Shown: in pieces, positions 15,431-17,550 of the stretch
How the letters are laid out: every line of letters starts with the position of its first letter
Position numbering within the stretch: the stretch's first letter is position 1
Assembly (NCBI GenBank): GCA_040905565.1
Contig: JBBDRF010000006.1
Span: forward strand, 21,498 to 39,047
Origin: Phycisphaeraceae bacterium
Lineage (GTDB): Bacteria > Planctomycetota > Phycisphaerae > Phycisphaerales > Zrk34
DNA: 17,550 nt
Direction of reading: 5' to 3'
The notes under the pieces: model-generated
Database searches by the model: none
Told to the model about the DNA's origin: nothing
Seen by the model: the letters and a program-made list of their open reading frames with translations, nothing else
Made by a program: the position numbers and the translations under genes

Positions 15431-16282
15431 ATGCATCGCACGAACAAGTGGATATGGCTGTTGATTCTCGGCATGCTTTTGACGGTGCCGACGGCGCCGC
15501 TCGCAGCTGCTGATGGTGCCGCGGCCGAGCAGACGATCACGGCGGCGCAGGCTGATGCTGAGCGTCAGGAGCTTGCCGATCGCATCGCGCAGTTCAAAGC
15601 GCAGATGGCGGAGCGCGAGACGGAGATCCCCCCCGCCGAAGCTGTTTACATGGGCCGGGAGGTGGCGCGCACGATGCACTGGCGCGGGGCGGAATGGCTG
15701 ACCAGGCCGACGCGTCAGCGTGAGGAGAACACCGCACTGCTGATGAAGGTGCTTGATCCGCAGCCGGGCATGGTGGTCTGCGATCTGGGCGCGGGCAACG
15801 GTTACTACACGCTGAAGCTTTCGGACGCTTTGGAAGACCGCGGCACGGTGATCGCGCAGGACCTTCAGCCGGAGATGCTGGAGCTGCTGGAAGAGCGGGC
15901 TGAGCTGCACGGCGCTCACGACAATCTGATTTATCTGACCGGGTCGTACATCAACCCGATGCTGCCGCGTGAGAGTTGCGACCTGGTGCTGCTGGTGGAT
16001 GTGTATCACGAGTTCAGCCATCCCGTGCACATGCTTCGGCGGATTCGCGAGGCCCTCAAGCCGGGCGGGCGACTGGTGCTGGTCGAGTTCCGTGGCGAGG
16101 ATAACACGGTGCCCATCCGCCCCGAGCACAAGATGACGAAGGATCAGATTCGGCTGGAGCTCAACGCGAACGGCTTTGAGGTGGCGGACGAATTCGACGA
16201 GCTACCCTGGCAACATGTGATGTCGTTCACGCGCGATGAGGACTGGGAGTACGTCGAGCCGGGCGAACGGGCAGCGGAGTGA
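15431..16282 (+). CDS. Class I SAM-dependent methyltransferase with an N-terminal signal peptide, 283 aa
   Basis: Motif I VVCDLGAGNG, plus QDLQPEML, DLVLLVDVYHEF and LKPGGRLVLVEF. Leader MHRTNKWIWLLILGMLLTVPTAPLAAA. SD AAGGA. Confidence 0.88.
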   Translation: MHRTNKWIWLLILGMLLTVPTAPLAAADGAAAEQTITAAQADAERQELADRIAQFKAQMAERETEIPPAEAVYMGREVARTMHWRGAEWLTRPTRQREENTALLMKVLDPQPGMVVCDLGAGNGYYTLKLSDALEDRGTVIAQDLQPEMLELLEERAELHGAHDNLIYLTGSYINPMLPRESCDLVLLVDVYHEFSHPVHMLRRIREALKPGGRLVLVEFRGEDNTVPIRPEHKMTKDQIRLELNANGFEVADEFDELPWQHVMSFTRDEDWEYVEPGERAAE

Positions 16283-16397
16283 GGCGGCGTTCTCGCTGAG
16301 CATGTCACATAGCGCCGGGCGCACCCAGAGCACGATGATGGCAATGGCATCAGCGTTGTAAGCAGGGTATGCTATAACGGTAGTTTCGGAGTTTGCA

Positions 16398-17471
16398 ATG
16401 CCTCAACGATCATCTAAGAAGCCCCCCGCTCGGTTGGTTGACATTGCCAAGGCCGCTGGTGTTTCGCGCGTGACGGTTGGGCAGGTGCTTAATCGCAGCG
16501 GCGGCGCGAGTGTGCGCGTGGGTGAATCCACACGGCAGCGTGTCCTGGAAATCGCACGGACGATGAACTACCGGCCCAACCGCGTGGCGCAGCAGCTGCG
16601 TGGCGTCCGAAGCCATATGCTCGGCGTGATCCTCGATACCATCAACATCCCCGTCATGTACGCCCGCCTGGCGCACCTCGAACGCGAAGCGACGTTGCGC
16701 GGCTACCGGCTGACGATCGGGCAGGTCCACCACGACCCGGCCGGCATCGCCGATTACCTTGACGACTTTGAGGGGCGAGGCATCGAAGGGGTCATGTTCC
16801 TGTTCGACCTGATGAAGGGCTACACCGAAGAACTGAAGCCCGTCTTCGAAGGGCGGCACAACATTCTCTTTCACAGTCGGCCGGTGGACGAGGAATCCAG
16901 CTGCGTTCGCGTGGACACTTCCGACGCGATTCGCCAGTGCGTGGGGCATCTGGTGGACACGGGGCGGAAGCGGATCGGCGTGGCGCTGTGGAACCTGGCG
17001 GACCAGTTGATGCTGCGTCGGCGTGAGGGGTATGAGGCGGAGCTGAACGATCGCGGGATGCCGGTGGATCCGAACCTGATCTGGTCGGCGGAGAGTCCGT
17101 CGGAAGCGCCGTCGGAAGAATCGATCAATGCAGCGATCGACGCGCTGGTGGTGGATCAGCAGGCGGACGCGATCATCGCTTCGAACGATTACTGGGCGGT
17201 GCGGTTGATTCAGCAGTTGAAGCGACGGGGACTGCGGGTGCCTGAGGATGTGGCCGTGATCGGGTATGACAATCTTGATATTGCCACGGTGATCGAGCCG
17301 AGCCTGACGACGGTGGATCAGCAGCACGAGGCCTACGCGAAGGCCGCGGTGAACCTGCTGATTCGGCTGATCGAGCGTGACGACACTTTGCCGACCAACG
17401 AGCGTAACGTGGTGATCAAGCCGAAGCTGATCGTCCGCGAATCGACGGCGACGCCGGCCCAGGGCGAGTGA
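16398..17471 (+). CDS. LacI/GalR family transcriptional regulator, 357 aa
   Basis: HTH RLVDIAKAAGVSRVTVGQVLN, hinge YRPNRVAQQL, and a PBP-fold sensor with DAIIASND, VPEDVAVIGYDN, PSLTTVDQ and LIVREST. Confidence 0.95.
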   Translation: MPQRSSKKPPARLVDIAKAAGVSRVTVGQVLNRSGGASVRVGESTRQRVLEIARTMNYRPNRVAQQLRGVRSHMLGVILDTINIPVMYARLAHLEREATLRGYRLTIGQVHHDPAGIADYLDDFEGRGIEGVMFLFDLMKGYTEELKPVFEGRHNILFHSRPVDEESSCVRVDTSDAIRQCVGHLVDTGRKRIGVALWNLADQLMLRRREGYEAELNDRGMPVDPNLIWSAESPSEAPSEESINAAIDALVVDQQADAIIASNDYWAVRLIQQLKRRGLRVPEDVAVIGYDNLDIATVIEPSLTTVDQQHEAYAKAAVNLLIRLIERDDTLPTNERNVVIKPKLIVRESTATPAQGE

Positions 17472-17482
17472 ACGGAATAGCC

Positions 17483-17499
17483 GCCGCCCTACGGGCGGC
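17483..17499 (+). terminator. GC-rich hairpin after the LacI gene (terminator or REP-like)
   Basis: GCCGCCC-TAC-GGGCGGC, 11 nt after the stop. The T-rich sequence is not adjacent (it starts more than 10 nt downstream). Confidence 0.45.
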
Positions 17500-17550
17500 T
17501 GGGGGATTGATTACTTTTTGCACGTTTTCTTGGGGTGGGGACCGGCCCGC

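Noticed and set aside
15395..15433. Peptidase TGA is in frame with the methyltransferase ATG with no intervening stop (possible readthrough, selenocysteine or split gene)
   Set aside because: The downstream gene has its own SD (AAGGA) and signal peptide, no SECIS-like stem is evident, and being in frame has a 1-in-3 chance.
13856..16129. 757-aa antisense ORF spanning the peptidase and methyltransferase
   Set aside because: It is a shadow frame of two well-supported genes that happen to share a frame. It has no recognisable motifs, and long antisense ORFs are common in GC-rich DNA.

Overview
GC-rich bacterial chromosomal segment, most likely from a planctomycete of class Phycisphaerae (inferred from the PEP-CTERM tail, the long Cys-free LptD and the OmpA/MotB-domain lipoprotein). 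It holds 14 credible CDSs and no rRNA, tRNA, CRISPR array or transposase. From left to right: (i) a tightly coupled minus-strand four-gene operon encoding a PTS EIIA (PtsN-like) protein, a PII-like protein and two different CPA-family cation/proton antiporters; (ii) an EboD-type dehydroquinate-synthase-like cyclase with no other ebo genes nearby; (iii) a REC-GGDEF diguanylate cyclase with AT-rich flanks; (iv) an OmpA-like lipoprotein divergent from lptD; (v) a PEP-CTERM protein plus a Tat-exported metallophosphoesterase behind a perfect 17-bp palindrome; (vi) mscS; (vii) an exported caspase-like (clan CD) peptidase, an exported SAM methyltransferase and a LacI regulator. The best candidate for an undescribed system is the EIIA/PII/two-antiporter module, in which one antiporter seems to lack the ion-binding Asp. 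Other notable signals are a three-copy ~24-26 bp palindromic repeat (two copies bracket the PEP-CTERM/phosphoesterase pair) and a strong C-rich to G-rich strand-skew switch at about 5.3-6.7 kb that does not follow gene orientation. All family calls come from motif recognition by eye; no searches were run.
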